Below are positions 19,324 through 28,169 of a stretch of DNA of 64,000 bases, piece by piece. The notes under the pieces were generated by a model, which saw only the letters and a program-made list of their open reading frames with translations, made no database searches and had not been told where the DNA came from. The translations under genes and the position numbers were made by a program. Position 1 is the stretch's first letter, and each line of letters begins with the position of its first letter. The stretch comes from Rubripirellula sp. (GTDB taxonomy: Bacteria; Planctomycetota; Planctomycetia; Pirellulales; Pirellulaceae): positions 8,096,001 to 8,160,000 of the forward strand of contig OZ244207.1 in assembly GCA_965216875.1 (NCBI GenBank), read 5' to 3'.

Positions 19324-21632
19324 TGGGCTTGTAGAAGCATCTGCTCAAGCATTGCCTCTTCCGCCGACATGTCGTCGTTTTCGGGCGTCAATTCCTCGAT
19401 CTTGATCGCAGCCTTTTGCGCTGCAAGCGTGTCAGGGAATTGTTCGACGATTCGTTGGTATTGCTTGATGGCGTTTTCCTCGCCTCGTTTGTCGGCGGCG
19501 CGCCGTCGGATAGCGTCCGCCTGCTTTAACATGCGTCCAGCTTGGACCTCCGCCGCTGCAAACTCGCGTCGAACCGAGGTGAGAAAACTGTCGTTGCCAA
19601 AGGCGGCGTCGAGTTTGTCGCTCGCTTCGCGTCTTGCTCGAGCGTCTTTGTGGACCGTGGCATCCCGCAGTTCGGCCAACAGTTGTCGGGCGATCGTCTC
19701 TCGTTTGGCTCTCGCCTGTTGGCCGACACCGACACCATCGAAATTCTCGGCAACCTTGCGAAGGTTGATCGAGGCAGCGACAACGTCGCCTGATTCATAC
19801 ATCTGCTCCGCTTCGGCAAGAACCTTTTCGTTGATGCGTTTTTTGATGTCGCGGGCATGGAGGTTCGCCTGCGTGTGTGGGTACATCAGGTCGAGCCGGT
19901 CGAGCGTACTGATCGCCGCGACGAGATCGTCTTTGTCAACAAAACTCTCCGCCTGTTCAAGCAACGGTTCGGCGAGCGGTTCGAGTGCGCGTTGGGTGAG
20001 TTCGCTGCGCGGAGCATTGCTTTGGAGTGCTTTGGCGAGTTTCCTGTATTCCGCATCTCGCTCTGGCGGATCGAGCCCTTCGAGAGCGGCAACATAATCG
20101 TCGAAGCAAACTCGTTGAATAGCGTCGGTAGCGTTTCCGTTTCGGTCATGATTGGTTAGTTCGATCAACGTGTCGCGGGCACCGGCCAAGTCACCGCGGC
20201 CTAGTTGCTTGCTGATGCGATCTGAAAGGAGTTGGCCAAGAGTATGGAGCGCCTTTTGCCCCGCTTCGGTTTGGTCGTGAAGTTCGACAACGTCTTTTAA
20301 AAGTTCCGTCGCGGCCTCTGTCCCGCCACGCTCGAGGATGGCCATCGCGGTATCAAGCAATTCTCCCGCTTCGGCCGCATCTTGGAATTGTGCAAAGTGA
20401 TATTCACCGCCGGTCATGTCGGCGATCTTCTGCATGTTCTTGCAGCTTCGTGGGTCTTCGAATGCAATCGCGTGGATCGGCATCTTATCCTTAGCCATTT
20501 CGACAATCGAAAAGGTGTCGGTGTTGCCTCCGAGTACGTTGGGTTGTTTGCGTTTGCGACCTTGCTTTTGTTCGTCAAACTCACCATCGGAGAGAATGAA
20601 GATTGCACTCGGGTCCATTTTGATTGCAGTGCGCAGCGATGAACGCGGGTCCGTACTTCCGCCAGCATGCTTTTTGGCCAGCCAAGCCGATAGTCGTTCC
20701 TTGTTCTCTTTGGTCGCTGCGATTGGTTGAGGACGCACGGAATCGCCGTCAAACATTTGTGTCGCATTGCCGTTGAACAACAGCACGTAGAAGTTCTGTG
20801 TGTCGTCGAGTTCGCCGACCGAGCGAATCAGTTCAGAGGATGCGCGAAGAAAACGCCGTCCTTCCATGCTGCCGGACATGTCCAAGATGTAAACGAACTC
20901 ATGCCCTACCGCATCGATGCCGAAAAAGGACCCACGTGCGCCACCGCCAGCGTTCTGATTCTTGTTGGCCTCTTCGCCGTTGGCTGCTCCATTGCCCGCA
21001 CCTTGGACGTTCGGAACGACTGGGATTAATTGCGGATTAGGATCGGGCTTGGGGGGATCCGGTGGCTTCGCTTCTTCGTCCTCAGGTTCTTTCGTGTCGG
21101 GAGCCTGAGTTGGCGCGACTTCCTTTGCAAACTTGATCGTGTCCTCGAGCTGTGGTTGTTCCTTGTCTGCCAAAGACATGAGCAACGTAAGCGTGTTCGC
21201 TCCGCCAAGGTCGGCAGGGGCGAGAACAAAGAACAGCAGTAGGAGAAGCAGTCCGTGTACTGCGACAGAGGCACCCCAACCGGTCGATTGTTGGTGGCTG
21301 TGATGTTCGGCGTCGTGGAGATGGATTCCCAAGACATCATTCACAGCCTGCGGAGCTGCGTTTGGGGAATCAGCGATGGGAGGGGCAGTTGTATGGACCG
21401 CATCGTCTCCGTCGACGCGGTACTGCAAAGGGACCGGTGGCGGAGAGGAAGGATCGGGCGGCGGGTTTGACCGCTTCACCTTTTCCGTTGACGGAACTGG
21501 CCCGTCTTTTGGCCCGTCGGTTGGTTGAGCTGGCCCGTTCGATTGCGGACCGGTGGCGCCACGCCATCGCTGGGGTTTTTGAGAATCCGTCTTATCCACA
21601 ACCACTGCCTCGTCGATCATCGTCGAGGACAC
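19320..21632 (-). CDS. Membrane-anchored VWA-domain protein with Pro-rich linker and helical C-terminus
   Basis: Pro-rich N-terminus, TM SVAVHGLLLLLLFFVL, FFGI, YILDMSGSM (MIDAS DxSxS), GGST, IFILSDG, TGGEY, then TPR-like helices. Confidence 0.8.
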   Translation of the reverse strand: MSSTMIDEAVVVDKTDSQKPQRWRGATGPQSNGPAQPTDGPKDGPVPSTEKVKRSNPPPDPSSPPPVPLQYRVDGDDAVHTTAPPIADSPNAAPQAVNDVLGIHLHDAEHHSHQQSTGWGASVAVHGLLLLLLFFVLAPADLGGANTLTLLMSLADKEQPQLEDTIKFAKEVAPTQAPDTKEPEDEEAKPPDPPKPDPNPQLIPVVPNVQGAGNGAANGEEANKNQNAGGGARGSFFGIDAVGHEFVYILDMSGSMEGRRFLRASSELIRSVGELDDTQNFYVLLFNGNATQMFDGDSVRPQPIAATKENKERLSAWLAKKHAGGSTDPRSSLRTAIKMDPSAIFILSDGEFDEQKQGRKRKQPNVLGGNTDTFSIVEMAKDKMPIHAIAFEDPRSCKNMQKIADMTGGEYHFAQFQDAAEAGELLDTAMAILERGGTEAATELLKDVVELHDQTEAGQKALHTLGQLLSDRISKQLGRGDLAGARDTLIELTNHDRNGNATDAIQRVCFDDYVAALEGLDPPERDAEYRKLAKALQSNAPRSELTQRALEPLAEPLLEQAESFVDKDDLVAAISTLDRLDLMYPHTQANLHARDIKKRINEKVLAEAEQMYESGDVVAASINLRKVAENFDGVGVGQQARAKRETIARQLLAELRDATVHKDARARREASDKLDAAFGNDSFLTSVRREFAAAEVQAGRMLKQADAIRRRAADKRGEENAIKQYQRIVEQFPDTLAAQKAAIKIEELTPENDDMSAEEAMLEQMLLQAQ

Positions 21633-21908
21633 GCTACGGACAAAGTAACGTGTCGCGTTGAAGTTGCAATTGGGAGGCTACCGAGCGGTTTTGGCAGGGA
21701 AAAGTAAATGAAAAGATCGCCGCACCAGCTGGGATCACTTCAAGGTCGCAAATGCGGAAACGGAAGTCAAGCGAAATGGTCTTTTTCGCTCGTTTGATGC
21801 ATGTTCCGCTCGCCGCCCGGTCTCAGCAGGATGCAGGCAAGGATGCGGCGATGGCTTAGGTGCGAATTGGGCGTGACAGCGTGTCACGGCAAGCATCGTC
21901 GTCGACGT

Positions 21909-21939
21909 CAGCCGCGGTTGGCGATATCAACCGCGGCTG
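21909..21939. other. Perfect 12-bp GC-rich hairpin (possible terminator or REP)
   Basis: CAGCCGCGGTTG-gcgatat-CAACCGCGGCTG, about 35 bp downstream of the gene ending at 21975; no clear U-tract. Confidence 0.45.
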
Positions 21940-21974
21940 GCGCCAAGCGACTAAGGGAGGCGGGTGTGCTGAGG

Positions 21975-22388
21975 CTAGGCAGCAAACAGGCGACGACGGA
22001 GGGCACCGAGTGTGGCGTTTTCCGAGCGGCCATAGCGAATGTGTTTGCCGGCTTTCTCGACGGCCTGTTCAAATTGCGCGACGCCCAAGAAGACGACGGC
22101 GGGGTGTTTCAATTCGGCTTCTTCGCTGATCCGCTCGAGCAGCTTACGACCAGCAGAATTGACTCCATGGACCTTGCACAGTTCGTGCAGCATGCCTTGC
22201 GGCGTGTTCACGATCGGCGGTGGTCGGTCAACAATTTTGTAGATCACAACGCCGATGGCGACCAACGCGACTGGGATCAACAAATACCACAGTCCGGATG
22301 CTCCGCCGGTCGCAACATCCTCGCGGTATTGCATGCTGACTTCGGCCATGTGAGTTTCGGCCAGCAGGTTGCAAAGGTTTCCGATCAT
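21975..22388 (-). CDS. Small single-TM hypothetical protein
   Basis: TM LWYLLIPVALVAIGVVIY; follows the HEAT gene by 20 bp. Confidence 0.7.
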   Translation of the reverse strand: MIGNLCNLLAETHMAEVSMQYREDVATGGASGLWYLLIPVALVAIGVVIYKIVDRPPPIVNTPQGMLHELCKVHGVNSAGRKLLERISEEAELKHPAVVFLGVAQFEQAVEKAGKHIRYGRSENATLGALRRRLFAA

Positions 22389-22408
22389 GATTTTGCTTCC
22401 AGGTTGAC

Positions 22409-23968
22409 TTAGCTGGCCGATGAACTTTCGCGAGCTTCAAGCGCTGCGACCGCTGCATCGCGAACGGGGCTCTCAGGTAGCTCAACCATCTCACGGAGAA
22501 GTTCGAGCGTTTCGTCGCTGGTAGCGCTCGACATCGCTTCGGCTGCTCGCATGCGGGCCTCCTGATGATCTTCGCGCGAGATGTGCTTGAAGGAGTCTGA
22601 AAGCAGGTCAACGACGGCAAAGGCGTCGGCGGTTGCGATCGCAGCAAGGCGATTGTTCAGCACGGGATGACGCAACGCGTCTCGCACACGATCGATTGCG
22701 TCGGGATCTATGTTCATGACGATCCGACCCAGCTTGCGACGAGTGCGTGGCCGCAACGTATCGAACTTATGCAACATCTCTTCGGTGTGCAAAGGTCCGA
22801 GGATCTTGCGGACGCCCTTGACCACACTTGGTTCAGGGTGATCAAGTAAATCGATGAGACGCTGCAATAACCGAGCGTTGTCGTTCTCGGCGATCGCTTC
22901 CTGATTACCGTCTGCGACAGGCACCGCGGCTCGCATCCAGATTTTGACGTCGGGAACATCCGATCGCGAAAAGCAAAGGGCTGCTGTCGAATCACATCCG
23001 GGGCCACCGCATTCGACGGCAGTGCAAATGGTGTGCAGGTTATCAAGCGGCTCGGTTGCCGTGGCCGTTGAAATGTGCGCGAGAGCCGCACGGTATTCAG
23101 GAGGCAGTTCTCTCATCAGTGTCTCGCCGCCACGGCAACAAACGGGCATTCCGATGTCGCCAAGATTGCGAAGCGCTGTGCCGGTCGGCTCGTTGCCGAC
23201 ATTTCGCAGCAGCGAATCGCGAAACTCCTCGCCGTCGCGGTTTTGGATGATTCTTGCGATCGATTCAGGAAGGTTGCGGCGACGAACAAAGCCGGCAAGC
23301 AAGTCATTGATGCCGACGTGTTTACTTTCGCTCAGTCGCTTGCAAATCAATTCGAGTTGCGGCGATCGTTCCCCCATCAGATTGCGGAAATCGGCATCGC
23401 CCCAGGTGACGATCAACAAGAACGCATCAATGAGTTTTTCGTTGCGGTGCATCGAGAACCGACGCACTGAATCGGCAAGACGGGCCAAGACGGGTCCGCG
23501 GACCGTCTGTTGGTCGCGGTCTCGGCGCGCTTCGCGTCCAAGTGGTGTGACCATGTCGATCACGCAGTCCGACGCAAAGGACCGAGTCACTCGCGATGCG
23601 CTCGATTCGGCGAGCATAACGATTTGCGGGATGACCGCCGTCAATCCAAGCGCCTTGGCTGCCTCAATCGCACGCGAGACATCGTCGCCCCCCTTTTCCA
23701 GGGCGGCAGCGATCGCCGGTTCCATCCAATTCTTTTTCTGCTGCAAAACACGCAAGTCATCAGCCTGCAGCAGGTCCCAGTTTTCGAGGACGAGTTCGCT
23801 CGATCGCTGTTCATTGCGCGACAGCATCGCTGACAGAGCCCGGCGGCGGACCGCCGGATCATCATCCGAAAACGCGGCAAGCAACACATCAATCGCAGCT
23901 TCGTTGCGAGTGTTGGCAAGCGTTTCGTAAGTCAGTGAAAGACCGTGCATCGTGCTTTGCTGGTGCAT
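22409..23968 (-). CDS. HEAT-repeat protein
   Basis: DDDPAVRRRAL, LLDHPEPSVV, EDHQEARMRAAEAM, ESPVRDAAVAAL. Start uncertain. Confidence 0.78.
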   Translation of the reverse strand: MHQQSTMHGLSLTYETLANTRNEAAIDVLLAAFSDDDPAVRRRALSAMLSRNEQRSSELVLENWDLLQADDLRVLQQKKNWMEPAIAAALEKGGDDVSRAIEAAKALGLTAVIPQIVMLAESSASRVTRSFASDCVIDMVTPLGREARRDRDQQTVRGPVLARLADSVRRFSMHRNEKLIDAFLLIVTWGDADFRNLMGERSPQLELICKRLSESKHVGINDLLAGFVRRRNLPESIARIIQNRDGEEFRDSLLRNVGNEPTGTALRNLGDIGMPVCCRGGETLMRELPPEYRAALAHISTATATEPLDNLHTICTAVECGGPGCDSTAALCFSRSDVPDVKIWMRAAVPVADGNQEAIAENDNARLLQRLIDLLDHPEPSVVKGVRKILGPLHTEEMLHKFDTLRPRTRRKLGRIVMNIDPDAIDRVRDALRHPVLNNRLAAIATADAFAVVDLLSDSFKHISREDHQEARMRAAEAMSSATSDETLELLREMVELPESPVRDAAVAALEARESSSAS

Positions 23969-24171
23969 TAGTGGATTGGGGCAGGTCACGAATCGTCGAA
24001 TTGAATGGACGAAACGGACAGGCCTTCAATCAAGGATTCGTTCAGCAAACCGTAGCTTTCCCAGCGAGCACATCACGATTTGATCCAGCCATTCGACGAG
24101 GCATTTCCTGAGTCAATGGTGGCTTAATCCAACCAACCGTTACCACTGAACTACGGTTTCCCCCACCTCGC

Positions 24172-24770
24172 GGGGACAGAGCACCAACCTCCGCAACCAT
24201 CCTCTCCATTCCACAGGGACAGAGCACTACCCGCAGAATCCGCGCGCATTCCACGGGGACAGCGCATTCCACGGGGACAGAGCACCAATCGGAGTCCATC
24301 CACGGGGACAGAGCACCAATCGAGCCACCGGAGTCCATCCACGGGGACAGAGCACCAATCGAGCCACCTGTTCGAGATTTAGTAGACCCACCATGGACAA
24401 TCGACAAAAAATGGGGGCATTCCGATATGGGGACCGACTGGTGGCCTGTCCCCAAGGAGTGTGGCCCTGTCCCCAAGGAGTGTGGCTCTGTCCCCAAGGA
24501 GTTTGGCTCTGTCCCCAAGGAGTTTGGCTGACTCACCGGACTGAGCACCGGGCGAACCGCAGATTGACACTGATAGACACAGATAACAACGCGCTGAATG
24601 CGTTCGCTGGCGTTCATCTGCGGTTTCCTAGCCTCCACATAAGATTCCGGCGACACAAAAGATTTCGAGATTGCGTTTCCATAACACAGCGAGAAAACCT
24701 GGGCGAGAGGCCTGGCAAGAGGCCTAGGGACAGAGCACGAGGCCTGGCAAGAGGCCTAGGGACAGAGCAC
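24172..24770. repeat. Left array of GGGGACAGAGCAC motifs with tandem micro-duplications
   Basis: Forward motifs at 24172, 24216, 24255, 24273, 24304, 24343, 24727, 24759; four reverse copies in 20-21 bp tandem units 24441-24523; exact duplications of 18, 39 and 32 bp. Confidence 0.9.
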
Positions 24771-24926
24771 GAACGATGTTTTAGCCACGGCAAGCGTTGC
24801 AATTGAAACTGACGAATGGCTCTGGGCGTGGCTCCAAACGCATGGTCCACGTTTGCGCTCTTTTTCATGCACGTGGCGCGCATCGATAGCGGTCGGATGC
24901 AGTTAGCCGACAAGGAGAAGGTGCAG

Positions 24927-25991
24927 CTATGCCGCTTGTTGAGATGGCAAGAGACGCCTTGCCGATGGCGTCAATCGAAAACGGCGACCGGTTTCGTTGC
25001 CTCGCATGCAGTCGACTCGATCGCAACGGCCAGCGACGATGCGGAACGTTTTGCTGAAAGTTTGCACCAGTTCGAGCCAACTACCCGATTCGATTCCGAG
25101 CCGCTGAAGAATTGGTGGTATCGACGTTGGCGTTCTACCGGGTTTGTCTTCGACCACCTGGCGAGCGGTCCAATCGAGCAATTCGATGTAGCTTGCCAGA
25201 TCGATCGCAAGGAACCCTTTGTCACTGCATCTCGAATCGGCTTGGCTTGGAACCGGGCCGGTTTCGCCCGAACGCTCGTCGAGCGTTAACGGTGCGAGGA
25301 AGTCTGCAAGCTGTTTACGTCTTGTTTCAGCGGGTAGTGTTGTCTGCTTGAGTTCCGCGTTGATCCGGCGTTGAATGGACGTGTGGTCACTTGCCTCGAG
25401 CGTTTCGGCGATCGCGGCACGAATCGGATTCAGCTCAACATACGCGGCGCAGGCGAGCAGTGACTCTTCATCGACGATGCGGATTGCTTTGAAACGATCT
25501 TGCCAAAACCGACCAGTCTCCTCTTCCTCACGATTGGCTCGCTGTGCGACACGCTGATTGAGCAGACGCATCCACCACGAGATGTCGGAAAGCCGCTTGC
25601 GAATCTCGGCGAGTTTGACCGGGCATTTACGAATCATGTTCAATTCCGATTCGCTTGGTCGAGCCGGTTTCCCGTCGACGTTTCGATGAGGACAGATCAT
25701 CAGCCACCGACGGGCTACTTCGGTGTCGTCCCATGTAGCGACTGCGTCGGGTCGCGTCCTCAGGATGAGGTGATAGTGATTCGAGAGGATCGAAAAGCAA
25801 AGCAGGTCAATTCCAAAGTGTGCTGCAAAATGTTCCAGCAGTTCTTCGATCCACACTTTCCGGTGGTCAAAATTCTTGCCGCTCAGTTCATCTTGGCCAA
25901 AGAGAAAGCACCTACGAACGGTGCGATTGATGACGTGCGCGACGTTGATATCGCTGGGATCAAACACGTCACGGCGAGAAGACCTAGCCAT
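24927..25991 (-). mobile_element. HUH/Y1 tyrosine transposase (RAYT/TnpA-REP-like, IS200/IS605 superfamily)
   Basis: MARSSRR, HVINRTVRRCFL, ILSNHYHLIL (HUH), GRFWQDRFKA, AYVELNPIRA (catalytic Tyr), SDHTSI. No tnpB adjacent. Confidence 0.9.
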
Positions 25992-26090
25992 CGAAGAGCC
26001 CCTAAGACAGACGTCGGCAACTGGAGCCGCGTCTTGAAGAGCCAGTTTGCAGAAGTCGATTCGATCGTTCTTCGATCTCGACAGGGTTTC

Positions 26091-26119
26091 ATTTGACGCC
26101 TGAACGAATCAAGTGTCAA
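26091..26119 (-). promoter_or_regulatory. Possible sigma70-type promoter of the transposase
   Basis: Minus strand TTGACA (26119-26114), 17-bp spacer, TCAAAT (weak -10), about 100 bp upstream of the ATG. Confidence 0.35.
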
Positions 26120-26137
26120 TAACATCATATAGAATGA

Positions 26138-26309
26138 GTGCTCTATCCCCGTTGTATTTCTCCCGTTGTATTTTGCGCCTTGTTGAAGGACGGGAGCTTG
26201 GGGACAGAGCACCAATACGAAGGCTCGGGAAGAGATGAAGGTTTTGCTGCTGCTCACATCATTATTCTCACCTGCTCTCTCCCCGTTGATTCGTGCTTGG
26301 TCTGTCCCC
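26138..26309. repeat. Middle cluster of the GGGGACAGAGCAC motif (inverted pair plus variants)
   Basis: GTGCTCTATCCCC 26138-26150, GGGGACAGAGCAC 26200-26212, TGCTCTCTCCCC ~26273, GGTCTGTCCCC 26299-26309; 14-bp-period duplication CCCGTTGTATTT 26148-26173. Confidence 0.8.
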
Positions 26310-26436
26310 AGTGACTTACAACCAGGAGACTCCCTTTGTATCGGATGTCTTGAAGCCGGAAAGTGAGGCGGATAGTCTGAAATGGACGAGGCGATGCAGG
26401 CACAACCGCATCTTCAGGGCGGGGGCAATCAGGGAA

Positions 26437-27288
26437 ATGAAAACGATGACAGTTGTTCGTTATCTCGCGTTGGTTTTGATGATATCGTTGGGCGCATTGG
26501 GGGTTGCCGACGACTCTTCCGCTAAGCCGCAGGCTGAGGAGGACAATGCCTCCGATGCACTCCGCATTACGACGGCAGCGGCCGAGCTTTACGAGTTTGA
26601 GCTTCCTGGCGAGCCCTTGCGAAAGCTCAAGTTGCATCCTCGATCGATCCTCCGGTGGTCCAATCCGGTTGCTGGCGAAATCTATGGAAACGTGTTCGTT
26701 TGGACGCTGGACGGGCGGCCGACCGTTGTCGGTTCCATCTATCAGTGGTACTCGCCAATGACGCACGGTTCTCATGAGTTCCATTCTCTCACCACGGAAA
26801 CGCTTGAAGGGGAGAGAGAAGGGGCTGTCGTTTGGTCGACAAGCGAGCCTGGAATTGAGTGGCGATCGGTTCCGGACCAGCCAATGGTGGCCGATTCTCA
26901 AGCCACCCGAACTCGACAACTCAGGGCGTTGTCTCGACGATTTCAAGTACGGAAGACTGACCGCGAGGAGGAGACGCGTGAGTTGCGGTTGCTTACTCAG
27001 CCGCTCTTCCGCTACGGCGACCCTGATTCGGAAGTCATCGACGGTTCGCTTTATGCATTTGTCCAGGGCACCGACCCAGAGGTGCTCCTGTTGGTCGAAG
27101 CCATCAAGACGGCTGAAGGCGTCGAATGGCGATACGCCCTGGCACGCATGAACAGTGTGAAGTTCGTGGCTCGCTATCAAGGGCAAGAAGTGTGGCGAAA
27201 GGAACGTAGCGTATGGAAAGACGTCAAGAGCGGTCGCCAACCATACACGTCGTTCGGCCCATTCCGAGGCAATCTGGCAAACCGTTAA
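26437..27288 (+). CDS. Secreted hypothetical protein (passenger inside the repeat island)
   Basis: AGGGA RBS-like site, signal peptide YLALVLMISLGALGVA, motifs LRWSNPV, ELRLLTQPLFRY, FVQGTDPEVLL. Confidence 0.75.
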   Translation: MKTMTVVRYLALVLMISLGALGVADDSSAKPQAEEDNASDALRITTAAAELYEFELPGEPLRKLKLHPRSILRWSNPVAGEIYGNVFVWTLDGRPTVVGSIYQWYSPMTHGSHEFHSLTTETLEGEREGAVVWSTSEPGIEWRSVPDQPMVADSQATRTRQLRALSRRFQVRKTDREEETRELRLLTQPLFRYGDPDSEVIDGSLYAFVQGTDPEVLLLVEAIKTAEGVEWRYALARMNSVKFVARYQGQEVWRKERSVWKDVKSGRQPYTSFGPFRGNLANR

Positions 27289-27297
27289 GTGGGCTCG

Positions 27298-28084
27298 GAG
27301 CTAACGCGGGGACGAGCTAACGCGGGGACGAGCTAACGCGGGGACAGAGCACGAACGTCTCCGTCTCGATTGCCCTCTAACATGAGCGACTGCATGGGAA
27401 GAATTGACAAAAAGATGGAGGGCAAAAAGATGAGGAAAAAGAGGAATGGGCGTAGCTCGTAAACTGTCGGTGCTCTGCCCCCGGATGGCGCGCCGTCGCG
27501 GGGACGGTTGGCGTCGCGGGAAAATGTGCTCTGTCCCCGTTGCAGGGAGAGGGGGCTCTGTTCCCGGATGGCACGTTCGAACGGTCGCTGGTTCGCGTCA
27601 AGAACCAAACTTGGGGACAGGAACCAAACTTGGGGACAGAGCACTTCAACCAAACTTGGGGACAGAGCACTTCCTAAGATTTGGCGTGATAGCAATCGTG
27701 GTGCTTCGAGGATACCTCCTACTTCGGTGCGCGTCTTGGACGACAGGTTGGCCGAGAAAAACACGACAAGACGCAAAGAGCTACCGAGAGAACTCGCGAG
27801 CGTTCGTGCTCTGTCCCCGTCTCGATTGCCAAAAGATGAGGAAAAAGAGGAATGGGGATAGCTCGTCAACTGTCGGTGCTCTGTCCCCGTTGCAGGGAGA
27901 TGGGTGCTCTGGCCCCGGATGGCGCGCTGAATAATTGCTGTCTATCTGCGTCTATCCGTGTTTATTGGCGGTCTATTTTGCCCGCTTCGAACTAGAGAAA
28001 TCAAATATCTCGGAGTACCTACACCGCAGGTTAGCCACGGACAGTGCTCTGTCCCCGTCGCAGGGAGATGGGAGCTCTGTCCCC
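27298..28084. repeat. Right array of GGGGACAGAGCAC motifs with duplicated modules
   Basis: GAGCTAACGCGGGGAC x3 (27298-27345); AACCAAACTTGGGGACAG x3 (27603-27665); reverse motifs at 27526, 27806, 27876, 27904, 28044, 28072. Confidence 0.9.
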
Positions 28085-28169
28085 GAATGGCGCGGATGGT
28101 GTCAGTGATCCATGGGGACTCGTTGCCTCGTCCACTACCAAAGAGACGCCATGAAAAACACGATAGCGT

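Noticed and set aside
24042..24806. ORFs 24042..24656 (-) and 24393..24806 (+) with peptide repeats (SLGTEPN, CPQGVWL)
   Set aside because: The peptide periodicity is a by-product of the 21-bp and 39-bp DNA repeats; no other coding signal.
24780..24926. tnpB or a guide-RNA-like element downstream of the HUH transposase
   Set aside because: No RuvC-type ORF and no recognisable structured RNA; the space is short and followed by the motif array.
27333..27934. Several overlapping ORFs in the right repeat array
   Set aside because: They translate the repeat motif (VLCP/ALSP/GDRA) in different frames; likely non-coding.
24172..28084. CRISPR array interpretation of the motif clusters
   Set aside because: The repeat is only ~13 bp, occurs in both orientations, the intervening segments vary widely in length and are often duplicated, and there are no cas genes.
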